Shown here one piece after another: positions 18,390 to 26,542 of a stretch of DNA of 32,000 nt. Where the stretch lies: the NCBI RefSeq assembly GCF_000829235.1, contig NZ_AP012549.1:1740001-1772000 (forward strand), in the 5' to 3' direction. Source of the DNA: a cyanobacterium endosymbiont of Epithemia turgida isolate EtSB Lake Yunoko. Lineage in GTDB: Bacteria; Cyanobacteriota; Cyanobacteriia; Cyanobacteriales; Microcystaceae. Position 1 is the stretch's first letter, and every line of letters starts with the position of its first letter. A program made the position numbers and the translations under genes. The notes under the pieces were generated by a model. That model worked only from the letters and a program-made list of their open reading frames with translations. It did not search any database and was not told the origin of the DNA.

Positions 18390-18731
18390 ATGAAAATTAA
18401 AGAAAAATTCGATCAATATCCTCCTGAGATGCAGCAATGGATGATTCAACAGGAAAAAAATAAATTAACTCGTATTAAACAGGCCTTGGAGAAAGGCACA
18501 ACAGTTTACACTCAATCAAAACAAGAAAATAAAGGGAAATGGTTAGAAGAAACTATTCAATTATTAGAACAATACTTAAGCCTTCTTCCTCCAAGTGACT
18601 ATTCTTTAGAAGAAGTTTCCGATAACTATATCTTACAAGTGTGGGAGAGGCTAGAAAATGATTCCAGTTTACACGAATTAATTTCTCAAGTGGAAACACG
18701 ATATGAAGAATTACTAAAAATAAAACTCTAA
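18390..18731 (+). CDS. Hypothetical soluble protein (helical, acidic)
   Basis: 113 aa from the ATG at 18390 (the track starts at TTG 18360). No recognised domain. Composition is intermediate between the genes and the spacers. The stop overlaps the stop of the convergent gene (CTAA at 18728-18731). Confidence 0.45.
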   Translation: MKIKEKFDQYPPEMQQWMIQQEKNKLTRIKQALEKGTTVYTQSKQENKGKWLEETIQLLEQYLSLLPPSDYSLEEVSDNYILQVWERLENDSSLHELISQVETRYEELLKIKL

Positions 18732-19192
18732 TCAGGCTTATCCAAACGCAATTTTTTAAGTAAACTGTACACAAGAGGAGAGAGAACAACCCCCATCGCT
18801 AAAACAAAAATTAACCCGCTAAACAGTGCATAAAGTGACGCAAAAAACTTGGCACTATTAGTTAATAGTGGACTAACAGGACCCATTCCACTGAGAATCA
18901 TAGACGCTTCCACCATAGCATCGATCCAACTTAAATGGGCAGTCCAATGATAGCCAATAATACCGACTAAAAGTCCCAATAAGATAAAAAGAGTAGACAA
19001 ACTCAGATAACTCACAAAATCACGAATAAATGTGTTGTTTGTGTAAATTCTTTTGTCCAAGAGTGATTCTACTTGTTTCCAGTCTTCCATGGATTGTGAT
19101 GGGGGCTTTTGTTTGGAAAATAGATGGACATTATCCGAGTTTCTCGTCAGTTGTGGTTGGGTTATTGTTATACTCTTGAGTGGTTGTCTCAT
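18728..19192 (-). CDS. Hypothetical membrane protein (2-3 TM)
   Basis: 154-aa ORF with clear TM segments (LSLSTLFILLGLLVGIIGY, FFASLYALFSGLIFVLAMGVVL). AAGGG lies upstream of the ATG. Confidence 0.6.
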   Translation of the reverse strand: MRQPLKSITITQPQLTRNSDNVHLFSKQKPPSQSMEDWKQVESLLDKRIYTNNTFIRDFVSYLSLSTLFILLGLLVGIIGYHWTAHLSWIDAMVEASMILSGMGPVSPLLTNSAKFFASLYALFSGLIFVLAMGVVLSPLVYSLLKKLRLDKPD

Positions 19193-19455
19193 CTTTACCC
19201 TTAATAGTAAACATTCAACCCTAATAATAAACCCCCAAATCGGATTAGCCTAGTGGGGGATAGATAAATGTTACAGATTAAGAACATAAACTTTTTGGTA
19301 AAAATTAATACAGTCATTTAACAAAAAAATATCTTCCAAAGCAAAAGCGATCATAAATATTTAATAAAATTTAAAGATATGGCAATATAGAAAGTAAGTA
19401 TTTAGAGATTTAGGTAGAAATTTAGGTCATCTTAGTATTGGAACAAGCTTTTTTA

Positions 19456-19560
19456 ATGTCTGTACGAGATGATTCACATTTCTCCCTACGCCGCACACTC
19501 GAAAAAGATGGATATATGATCACATAAGATTATCTTATCTTAACTATAGAACAAACGCTT
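19456..19560 (+). pseudogene. Possible XisH-family (endonuclease-like) gene relic
   Basis: MSVRDDSHFSLRRTLEKDGYMIT*DYLILTIEQTL* resembles the XisH N-terminus (M..KDIFHDAVKNAL.KDGWTITHDPL..), as I recall the family consensus. It is truncated by stops. Confidence 0.3.
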
Positions 19561-19888
19561 TAAAAAAAAGATTTAAGCTAGGGAAGTTGATTTTATAAAA
19601 AAAAACAAGTTTTAGCGCTCGCTTTATATCTCCGTACAAATTATATTTAAGTTCATCCATCAATGCTTAAGTCCCACTAATAACAATCAACTTAAATTGA
19701 CCTAATTTAAGTATTTTAGACATCTCTATTAGCTCCGAATTCAATAATAATTTTGACAACTAAAGGATTGTCATTTTTAATTTTTTCTAATTCTTAGCAA
19801 GGAGATTTATGGACAAAGTGTTATTGATAGATACTTCTCTTAGTAAATTCAACTTTCAATTCTTCTTTCAGCATTATATTCACAAGAT

Positions 19889-21436
19889 TTAACTAACTAC
19901 AACACTCTGATTTTTTAAAAGAGGAAAAGCAACTACATCGCGAATACTGACTGAATCAGTTAATAGCATTACTAAGCGATCTATGCCAATTCCTAATCCA
20001 CCTGTGGGGGGCATTCCGTATTCTAAAGCAGTCAAGAAATCTTCATCAACTCCTTGCGCTTCTAAGTTTCCTGTGGCCTTTTGGGCGGCTTGTTCTTCTA
20101 ATCTTTGTCTTTGATCAATGGGATCAGTTAGTTCAGAAAAACTATTAGCTAATTCTCGTCCCACAATATAAAGTTCAAACCGTTCTACTAACCCTTTCTG
20201 AGATCGATGAGGCTTAGCCAAAGGAGAAATTTCTACTGGAAAATCCAGAACAAAAGTGGGTTGAGTCAGGGTTTCTTCCACGGTTTGCTCAAAGGCTTCA
20301 TTGAGTAATTTGCCTAAAGAAAGACAATTATCAGAAACTTCAATTCCAGCTTTTTTAACAGCTTTTTTAGCTTCTTCAAAAGTTGTAAATTGATTAAAAT
20401 CTAGACCGCTTTTTTCCTTAACAATTTCATGCATTGTTACTCTTCTCCACGGAGTAGATAAGTCGATTTCTTCCCCTTGGTAGCTAATTTTTAAAGTTCC
20501 TAAAGTATCTTGTGCTGCGGCGGTAATAAGATTTACAGTTAGTTCCATCATATCGAAGTAGTCAGCATAAGCTTGATACACTTCAATGGAAGTAAATTCA
20601 GGATTATGTTTAGTTGAAATCCCTTCATTGCGGAAAATTCTTCCTAATTCAAAAACCTTTTCAAACCCTCCTATAATCAACCTTTTGAGGTGTAATTCAG
20701 TAGCAATTCTCAGGTATAAATCCATCTCCAAGGTATTATGATAAGTGACAAAAGGACGAGCTTCCGCCCCCCCTGCTTCTCCTTGTAACACAGGAGTTTC
20801 TATTTCAATAAATCCTTTTTTATCTAAATAGCGACGAATCGAAGCGGTAATTTGGGCACGACGGCGAAAAGTCTGTCTTACCTGGGGATTAATAATCAAA
20901 TCAATATAGCGTTGACGATAGCGTTTTTCTGTATCTGTTAATCCATGCCATTTATCGGGCAAAGGTAACAGGGATTTTGTCAAAATTGTATAAGTACTAA
21001 CATTAATAGATAGTTCTCCCTTTTCAGTTCTTTTTAAATTTCCTGTTACCCCTAAAATATCACCAGTATCTGTTAACTTTTTGAGGTTATTAAACGCATC
21101 AGGAAAATCACCCATAGAGGATTGAATATGCTCCTTATCTAAGTATAATTGAATAGTTCCTGTTTCATCTTGTAACTTAAAAAAAGCTAGTTTTCCAAAT
21201 ACCCGACGGGCAATAATTCTCCCTGCGATAGCCACTTCTAGGTCAATTTCTTCCCCATCTTTAAGATCAATATATTTATCCTGTAAATCAGCCGCAGTAT
21301 TAGTAGATTTCCATTTATAAGCGTAGGGAACTAAATTTAATCGTTTTAACTGCTCAACTTTCTCAAGACGTGTTGTGCGAATTTCTTCTAAAGTAGAAGT
21401 GGATTTGGATGCTTTTGAGGGCTGATTGGGAGACAT
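19889..21436 (-). CDS. lysS: Lysine--tRNA ligase, class II
   Basis: 515 aa with an OB anticodon-binding domain and class II motifs (..FRNEGIS.KHNPEFT.., ..[15 protein letters not shown]..). Confidence 0.97.
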   Translation of the reverse strand: MSPNQPSKASKSTSTLEEIRTTRLEKVEQLKRLNLVPYAYKWKSTNTAADLQDKYIDLKDGEEIDLEVAIAGRIIARRVFGKLAFFKLQDETGTIQLYLDKEHIQSSMGDFPDAFNNLKKLTDTGDILGVTGNLKRTEKGELSINVSTYTILTKSLLPLPDKWHGLTDTEKRYRQRYIDLIINPQVRQTFRRRAQITASIRRYLDKKGFIEIETPVLQGEAGGAEARPFVTYHNTLEMDLYLRIATELHLKRLIIGGFEKVFELGRIFRNEGISTKHNPEFTSIEVYQAYADYFDMMELTVNLITAAAQDTLGTLKISYQGEEIDLSTPWRRVTMHEIVKEKSGLDFNQFTTFEEAKKAVKKAGIEVSDNCLSLGKLLNEAFEQTVEETLTQPTFVLDFPVEISPLAKPHRSQKGLVERFELYIVGRELANSFSELTDPIDQRQRLEEQAAQKATGNLEAQGVDEDFLTALEYGMPPTGGLGIGIDRLVMLLTDSVSIRDVVAFPLLKNQSVVVS

Positions 21437-21480
21437 TGTAATTTATAATTAAAATAGTATAAAACTATAAACGAAAATCT

Positions 21481-21504
21481 CTGTTTGGGATTACCTCCAA
21501 ACAG
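21481..21504 (-). promoter_or_regulatory. Perfect 8-bp stem-loop (CTGTTTGG-8 nt-CCAAACAG) 45-68 nt upstream of the lysS start
   Basis: Read directly. On the lysS strand it is followed by AGAUUUUCGUUUAUAGUUUUA. Confidence 0.3.
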
Positions 21505-21566
21505 GAACTTAAACGGAACTTCATTATAGCTTGTTACCTTTAAATATCTCGCAATTTAACCAAAAT

Positions 21567-21600
21567 GTTATGCTTAAAAAATTAGGTAATGAAGCATAAC
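21567..21600 (-). promoter_or_regulatory. Perfect 9-bp stem-loop (GTTATGCTT-16 nt-AAGCATAAC) further upstream of lysS
   Basis: Read directly. Confidence 0.25.
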
Positions 21601-21781
21601 TTTGATTTACAGTAGTTATTAAATGTTTAATCTGAAATTTTCTATACCAATAGGCTCTGGTCTCTACTGAAATCCACGTTCACTATACAGACGTCATGGT
21701 TTGTAAGTTAGTTCTTAGTAGTTTCGAGTCTAGTCTAATTAATTCGAGCAAACGTGAGATTATAACCGCATATATTACCTA

Positions 21782-22200
21782 AGCCTTTGCAAGGTTGGCT
21801 TCACGTAAATTCGCTTCCGTTAAATTAACATAACTGAAATGGGCTTCCCTAAGATTCACATTTCCTAATATTTACCTAACTTGAATTAGCTTGCCAAAAA
21901 TCCGCACAAGACAATTAATTGTGCCTCTTCTTAGTGGAGTTAATTCCTGTTGATGTTTCTAAGCCATAGTTAAAGCTTTCACGTTCTTTGGGTCGTTCCA
22001 TAAATAACACTTTGTCCAAAACTAGCTGCGGTTATCTGTACGTTGATGTACATCCACTTTACTTAATGTTTCGCCTTTATGTTTAGGCTTTGCGCTCAAA
22101 TAATTGCTTAGCCATTTTGAAAACATTGGGATTGTCTGTATCAGGACACAATTGCTTTACTACATAAATGGAAATTACTGAAACAAATAAATCGGCAGAC
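21782..22200 (-). pseudogene. Pentapeptide-repeat protein relic
   Basis: The minus-strand translation of 21782-21856 reads NLREAHFSYVNLTEANLREANLAKA*, five clean A(D/N)LXX pentapeptide units. Upstream frames (..SCADFWQANSS..) are interrupted by stops and frameshifts. Confidence 0.4.
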
Positions 22201-22458
22201 CCAAAGGCTACCCCAAAAATTTTTTTGTCTCAAATAAATTCCTAAAGGTTAACACCGGTTTTTACATTAAAGTGAAGTCCTATTGACTAATTTTAATACA
22301 GTAGTTCATGAAACCTCATCTACATCATGTTTTTGGGCTTTGACTAATTGAATTCAAATAAGGGTCAATACGAATTAATTAGAGTAGTCCAATTTCAATA
22401 TTCTCTGAAGAACATAATCAAAATTTTCCAAGTTGACCATTTTTTCTTTAGATCATGT

Positions 22459-22490
22459 ATCAGCAAGTCTCTCAATGTAGCCTTGCTGAT
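22459..22490. repeat. Inverted repeat ATCAGCAAG-14 nt-CTTGCTGAT, second copy of the 4557-4594 palindrome core
   Basis: Read directly. It lies 11-42 nt downstream of the stop of the 70-aa minus-strand ORF. Confidence 0.6.
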
Positions 22491-22500
22491 TCTATAGAAG

Positions 22501-22713
22501 TTAATCGATGGAAATTGATTGGGGACCACTTCCAATAACGGAAGTGCTATCTGCATGGGTAAAATCTGTCAATCCTTGTTTTTTTAACCAGGTTTTTAAG
22601 GGATCTTCGGATAATTCTAGTTTTAGACTTCCAGATATAAACCCCCCAGTAAATGCTAATGGATGCTGTAAAAATTCTTGAAAAATAGGCTGTAATTCGT
22701 CGATAAACATCAC
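22501..22713 (-). CDS. Small conserved hypothetical protein (70 aa)
   Basis: The ORF is preceded by a strong SD (AAGGAGATTTGTG-ATG). Composition is gene-like. No recognised domain. Confidence 0.55.
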   Translation of the reverse strand: MMFIDELQPIFQEFLQHPLAFTGGFISGSLKLELSEDPLKTWLKKQGLTDFTHADSTSVIGSGPQSISID

Positions 22714-22756
22714 AAATCTCCTTGTGTTTGATGGAATTAATAACTAGGGTTTTTTA

Positions 22757-23035
22757 AAAATTATTCTCTTCAATTGTCCCTTTCTTAAAGGTTAAGTCAA
22801 TCCAAGTAAATGGGACAAACTTATAGAATAATTTGGTTACCTCTACAACCGCTGAATTATCAAGAAGGATAAATCCAGTTCTACTCATAATTGTTGTTCT
22901 GTTAGGAGCTTGTTTCTTAGGATCACTGTTTGAGTAGTTGCCTCTGATACTGTAACCATTTTGCCAGAAAACAACCTGATAATTTGGGTGTAAGCGAGCA
23001 AAGACTGACGGTTTATCTAAGTAGTCCCAACTGTA
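22757..23035 (-). pseudogene. Stop-free 93-codon frame with no usable start; probable 5'-truncated gene remnant of unknown family
   Basis: The minus-strand frame reads YSWDYLDKPSVFARLHPNYQVVFWQNGYSIRGNYSNSDPKKQAPNRTTIMSRTGFILLDNSAVVEVTKLFYKFVPFTWIDLTFKKGTIEENNF*. It is bounded upstream by TGA, and the first ATG leaves only 44 codons. Confidence 0.3.
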
Positions 23036-23419
23036 TCAGTTCTTAAAGTTCTAACTTCGGACATTATCATTGATTCCATCACTCATCAGTGTAGAATATC
23101 GTCAGCAATGGCTACTCGTCAAGAGATTATTAAAAATCAAGAACACGCTCAAATTGTCAAAGAAGCTAATAGTTATCTCTATGCTTAATTTACTGGTTGT
23201 TAGATGAGGTTCATTGATGATATAGAATTTTTTGTCAATAAACTTAAAGGGGTGATTAATGTGCGATTAGTTTATCCTTCGGGAAGACTTATTTAAGAGT
23301 TAATCGTAAACGGATTGAGTAAATTTGACAGGCATTCAATAGTTAATATTTCTAGTATGCTAGACTAGCTTAGTGTACCTAAGTTACCTAATAATCTTAG
23401 TGTATTTTTTCTGAAGATT

Positions 23420-24580
23420 ATGCAATTTATTATTGAAGCTATTGAACAATCCCCCCAGCAAAAAATCACTTTTGCTGACTATATGAGTCTAGCCCTTTAT
23501 TACCCTCAAGGAGGATATTATTCTTCTGGACGAGCAAAAATTGGAACTCAGGGAGATTTTTTTACAGCCTCTTCTTTGGGATCATATTTTGGAGAATTGC
23601 TAGCTGAGCAGTTTTTGGAAATGTGGAAATTGTTAGGCTCTCCCAAAGCTTTTAATTTAGTGGAAGTAGGTGCGGGAAGTGGTTGGTGTGCTGCTGATAT
23701 TTTAAAGTATTTACATGATAATTATCCAGATTTCTATGAAGTAACCCACTATATTATTGTTGAAGAAGCACAAAGATTAATTGAAAAGCAAGAAAGTATT
23801 ATTAGTATAACTGGCAAGAAAAATAAAGTTATTTGGAAATCGTGGGATGAAATTGAAGACTTGTCTTTAACTGGTTGTATTTTTAGCAATGAATTAATTG
23901 ATGCTTTTCCAGTTCATATAATAACTACTAAGAATAAAAAAATAACAGAAATATATGTAACGCAGTCGGAAGGAAAAATCAAAGAAGTCATCTCAGAATT
24001 GTCAACCACCAAAATTATTAATTATTTTAAATTAATTAATATAAACTTAAATGCCAATCAATATCCTGAAAACTACCGTACAGAAGTTAATTTGAAGGCT
24101 TTAGATTGGTTAAAAAAGATATGTAGTAAGTTAAAACGGGGTTATCTGCTAACAATAGATTATGGACATGTAGCTAGTAAATATTATCACCCTCAACGCC
24201 ATAAAGGAACGTTAAAATGTTATTACAAACACCGTCATCATGATAATCCTTATATTAACATTGGACAGCAAGATATAACATCTCATGTTAACTTTACTGC
24301 TCTGGAAAAACAAGGAAAATTATTGAATTTAGAAACTATAAAATTTACTCAACAAGGATTATTTTTAATGGGATTAGGATTGGGCAGTCGCCTGTTGGAA
24401 TTGTCCACAGGCAAGTATGATTTTCTTGACGTGATTAAACGTCGGGATAGCCTTCACCAACTAATTGATCCCATGGGGTTAGGAGGATTTGGAGTATTGT
24501 TACAAAGTAAAGGACTGACAAAAGAAGAAAAAAGGCAACCGCTTAAAGGTTTTTCAGGAGAAATTAAGCATGTATGTTAA
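23420..24580 (+). CDS. Class I SAM-dependent methyltransferase, MidA/NDUFAF7 (DUF185) family
   Basis: 386 aa. ..YMSLALYYPQGGYYSSG..GDFFTASSLGSYFGELLA.., SAM motif LVEVGAGSG, and ..SNELIDAFPVH.. are typical of COG1565. Confidence 0.85.
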   Translation: MQFIIEAIEQSPQQKITFADYMSLALYYPQGGYYSSGRAKIGTQGDFFTASSLGSYFGELLAEQFLEMWKLLGSPKAFNLVEVGAGSGWCAADILKYLHDNYPDFYEVTHYIIVEEAQRLIEKQESIISITGKKNKVIWKSWDEIEDLSLTGCIFSNELIDAFPVHIITTKNKKITEIYVTQSEGKIKEVISELSTTKIINYFKLININLNANQYPENYRTEVNLKALDWLKKICSKLKRGYLLTIDYGHVASKYYHPQRHKGTLKCYYKHRHHDNPYINIGQQDITSHVNFTALEKQGKLLNLETIKFTQQGLFLMGLGLGSRLLELSTGKYDFLDVIKRRDSLHQLIDPMGLGGFGVLLQSKGLTKEEKRQPLKGFSGEIKHVC

Positions 24581-24747
24581 GTATTTCAACTACCAATAAT
24601 TACAATAATATCTCATAATCTATAAAAACTGATTCACCTGTAAACTTTGTATTAAAATTAACACCATATAAATGGTTGAATTGATTGGGATATGCCCAAC
24701 TAAAAAAGTCTATAATAGAAAAGTAGTTAAAAAATAACAATGATTAA

Positions 24748-24830
24748 ATGCCAGCTTACTTGAAAGTTCAGCTAATAGAATTAACGATTTTGTCATTTTT
24801 ATTAAAAATCGCCTATTGACGATCACCCCC
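24748..24830 (+). mobile_element. Short relic (copy C) of the same IS630-like repeat family, 5' end only
   Basis: ATGCCAGCTTACTTGAAAGTTCAGCTAATAGAATTA aligns with 28071-28106 (TCCAGCTTACCTAAAGATTCAGCTAGTAGAGTTA). The translation starts MPAYLKVQLIEL.., reminiscent of the MPAYSxDLRxKI start of cyanobacterial IS630 transposases, then hits stops. Confidence 0.3.
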
Positions 24831-24932
24831 ACCACGTGAAAGCAGCACTTGCGAAAATTGCTGCTTGAGATGTGAATATTTTATCTAGGGATTTAATTAA
24901 GATAGACAATAATATCACTTAGATAAGTATAA

Positions 24933-25145
24933 CTATTTAGAGTTAACATCAACATCAACTCCAGCAGATTCAAGTAGTTCGATAAATTCAGTTTCTGAGA
25001 GTTGACAAATACCAAATTTTTGAGCTTTTTTTAGTTTATCACCAGGAGTTTCTCCCACGACAATATAATGTGTTTTAAAACTAAGAGAGCTGCTTAAAGT
25101 TCCTCCTGCTTGTTGAATATACGACTTAGCCTCATCTCGATTCAT
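24933..25145 (-). CDS. BRCT domain, the 3' part of the frameshifted coiled-coil gene; its frame is open back to 25181
   Basis: Read from 25181, the frame gives GKKIVLLGSLSQMNRDEAKSYIQQAGGTLSSSLSFKTHYIVVGETPGDKLKKAQKFGI..EFIELL, which matches the LigA-type BRCT consensus (GKTFVLTGTL..SRDEAK..IE..GGKVS.SVSKKT.YVV.GE..GSKL.KA..LGV). Confidence 0.8.
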   Translation of the reverse strand: MNRDEAKSYIQQAGGTLSSSLSFKTHYIVVGETPGDKLKKAQKFGICQLSETEFIELLESAGVDVDVNSK

Positions 25146-25168
25146 TTGGGATAAACTTCCTAATAAAA

Positions 25169-26254
25169 CTATTTTTTTCCCTCAAATAAACTCTCTGGTT
25201 TTAAGCTTTTTTTATTTTCTTGTGTATTTCCTATAGCTAATTTTTCCTTGACTTCCTGAGTATCTTCTAATATAAATTGTGGTTGAGATCTAATCTCATA
25301 AGGTTGAGAAACACTATCTTTACTGCTCGATTGTTGCGTTTCTAACTCTTTGATTTTTTCTTGTAAATTAGACAGTTGTTCACGTTCTTTCGTTATAGTT
25401 TCTTCACAATTTTTTTTCTCTTGAGTTAAACTCTCTATTTTTTGTTGTAGTGTAGCTTCTAAAGCTTCTTTTTCTTTTGCTTGCTCTTGTAAATTAGACA
25501 GCTGTTTACGTTCTTTCGTTATAGTTTCTTCACAATTTTTTTTCTCTTGAGTTAAACTCTCTATTTTTTGTTGTAGTGTAGCTTCTAAAGCTTCTTTTTC
25601 TTTCGCTGATACCTGAAGTTGTTTTTCTAAAGACACTACTCGTTGATTTCCTTGCTCGAGAATCTCTTCAAATTTTTTCTTTTCTTGAGTTAAACTATCT
25701 ATTCTTTGTTGTAAAGTAGCAATTTTCTCTAATTCTTTTTGTAATGTATTGACTGTGTGCTCCTTTTCTCGACGTAAACTCCCAAGTTGCTGTTGAAGGG
25801 AAGAAACTTGCTCTTGTTGCTTAATTTCTAATTGGCATTTTAATCTTTCTGATTCTTTGATGTCCTTTTCCAAGGATATAAGTTTTTCTTTATTTTTATC
25901 TAAATCTTTGGTTAAAGTGGTTATTTCTTGCTGTTTCTTCTCTAAATTATTAGCTAAATTACTCTTATCGAATTCTATTTTATTTACAGTCTCTCTGAGA
26001 TTAGTAAGTTGATAAGAGACTTCATCAAGTTGATGCTGGATTTGCTCTTGATCATGAGTTAACGTTTTATTAGACACAACAACACGAGTTAGCTCCTCAT
26101 GTAGAGTTTCTTTCTCTTGGTTGATCTGTTTCTGTTTGTCAACGAATTCTAATTCCCGTTTCCTGCTACTACGACGTAATTGCCAATAGTTAACCCAAGA
26201 AGCTCCTAAAACAAGTATCAATGCGGCAATTTCGTAAACCATTTGATTTTTCAT
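25169..26254 (-). CDS. N-terminally TM-anchored coiled-coil protein, the 5' part of a TM-coiled-coil-BRCT gene
   Basis: 361 aa with a strong SD (AGGAGAAGTAAT-ATG), one N-terminal TM helix (VYEIAALILVLGASWVNYW), then about 300 aa of heptad-rich E/K/Q/L sequence. It ends ..LFEGKK* inside an A7 run. Confidence 0.8.
   Translation of the reverse strand: MKNQMVYEIAALILVLGASWVNYWQLRRSSRKRELEFVDKQKQINQEKETLHEELTRVVVSNKTLTHDQEQIQHQLDEVSYQLTNLRETVNKIEFDKSNLANNLEKKQQEITTLTKDLDKNKEKLISLEKDIKESERLKCQLEIKQQEQVSSLQQQLGSLRREKEHTVNTLQKELEKIATLQQRIDSLTQEKKKFEEILEQGNQRVVSLEKQLQVSAKEKEALEATLQQKIESLTQEKKNCEETITKERKQLSNLQEQAKEKEALEATLQQKIESLTQEKKNCEETITKEREQLSNLQEKIKELETQQSSSKDSVSQPYEIRSQPQFILEDTQEVKEKLAIGNTQENKKSLKPESLFEGKK
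25362..25613. repeat. 126-bp (42-codon) in-frame tandem duplication inside the coiled-coil gene
   Basis: Units at 25362-25487 and 25488-25613. About 94 nt are identical, and I counted 2 mismatches over about 115 nt. In protein terms, AKEKEALEATLQQKIESLTQEKKNCEETITKER(K/E)QLSNLQE(Q/K) occurs twice. Confidence 0.9.
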
Positions 26255-26542
26255 ATTACTTCTCCTAAATAAAAGCAGCCGCAGGCTAATCGTTAATGTA
26301 GAGCGTATTCCTCAGTCAAGCTGATGTGACCTATCTATATCCTTACTATATATATCAGGCTGTCATACTGGAAATAGGGTAAACAGATTAAATCTTACAA
26401 ATCTTAATAGAAGAAGAGGTGGAGAAGTCGAGGAGTGTGAAAACGGTAAGATATACAAGAGAGTTATATTCAACATAATTTAAGGAATTTGATACCATCT
26501 ATTAATAATTTAATTTTCTTAAAAAGATTACTAAATTAGCCT

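Noticed and set aside
18553-19253. ORFs 18553-18789 (-) and 19053-19253 (+)
   Set aside because: They are antisense or overlapping shadows of the 18390-18731 and 18728-19192 genes.
19754-19788. TGACAA-8 nt-TTGTCA followed by TTTTTAATTTTTT as a plus-strand terminator
   Set aside because: The stem is only 6 bp and AT-rich, and no intact plus-strand gene lies upstream. It may be the orphaned terminator of the decayed XisH-like locus.
19809-19892. MDKV... ORF as a possible XisI partner of the XisH-like relic
   Set aside because: Apart from the MDK start, the peptide ([27 protein letters not shown]) does not follow the XisI consensus I remember, and it overlaps the 3' end of lysS.
23108-23188. 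26-codon ORF MATRQEIIKNQEHAQIVKEANSYLYA
   Set aside because: Too short, with no SD and no recognisable family. It could be a fragment of the adjacent decayed gene.
23325-23353. TTGACA hexamer as a -35 element for the methyltransferase gene
   Set aside because: No acceptable TAnnnT -10 lies at 16-18 nt spacing (candidates sit at 13 or 22 nt), so I do not call a promoter.
25362-25613. Tandem repeats as a possible CRISPR array (also 14601-14640 and 12752-12779)
   Set aside because: The units are directly adjacent with no unique spacers, there are only two copies, and one pair lies in-frame inside a coding gene. These are not CRISPR.
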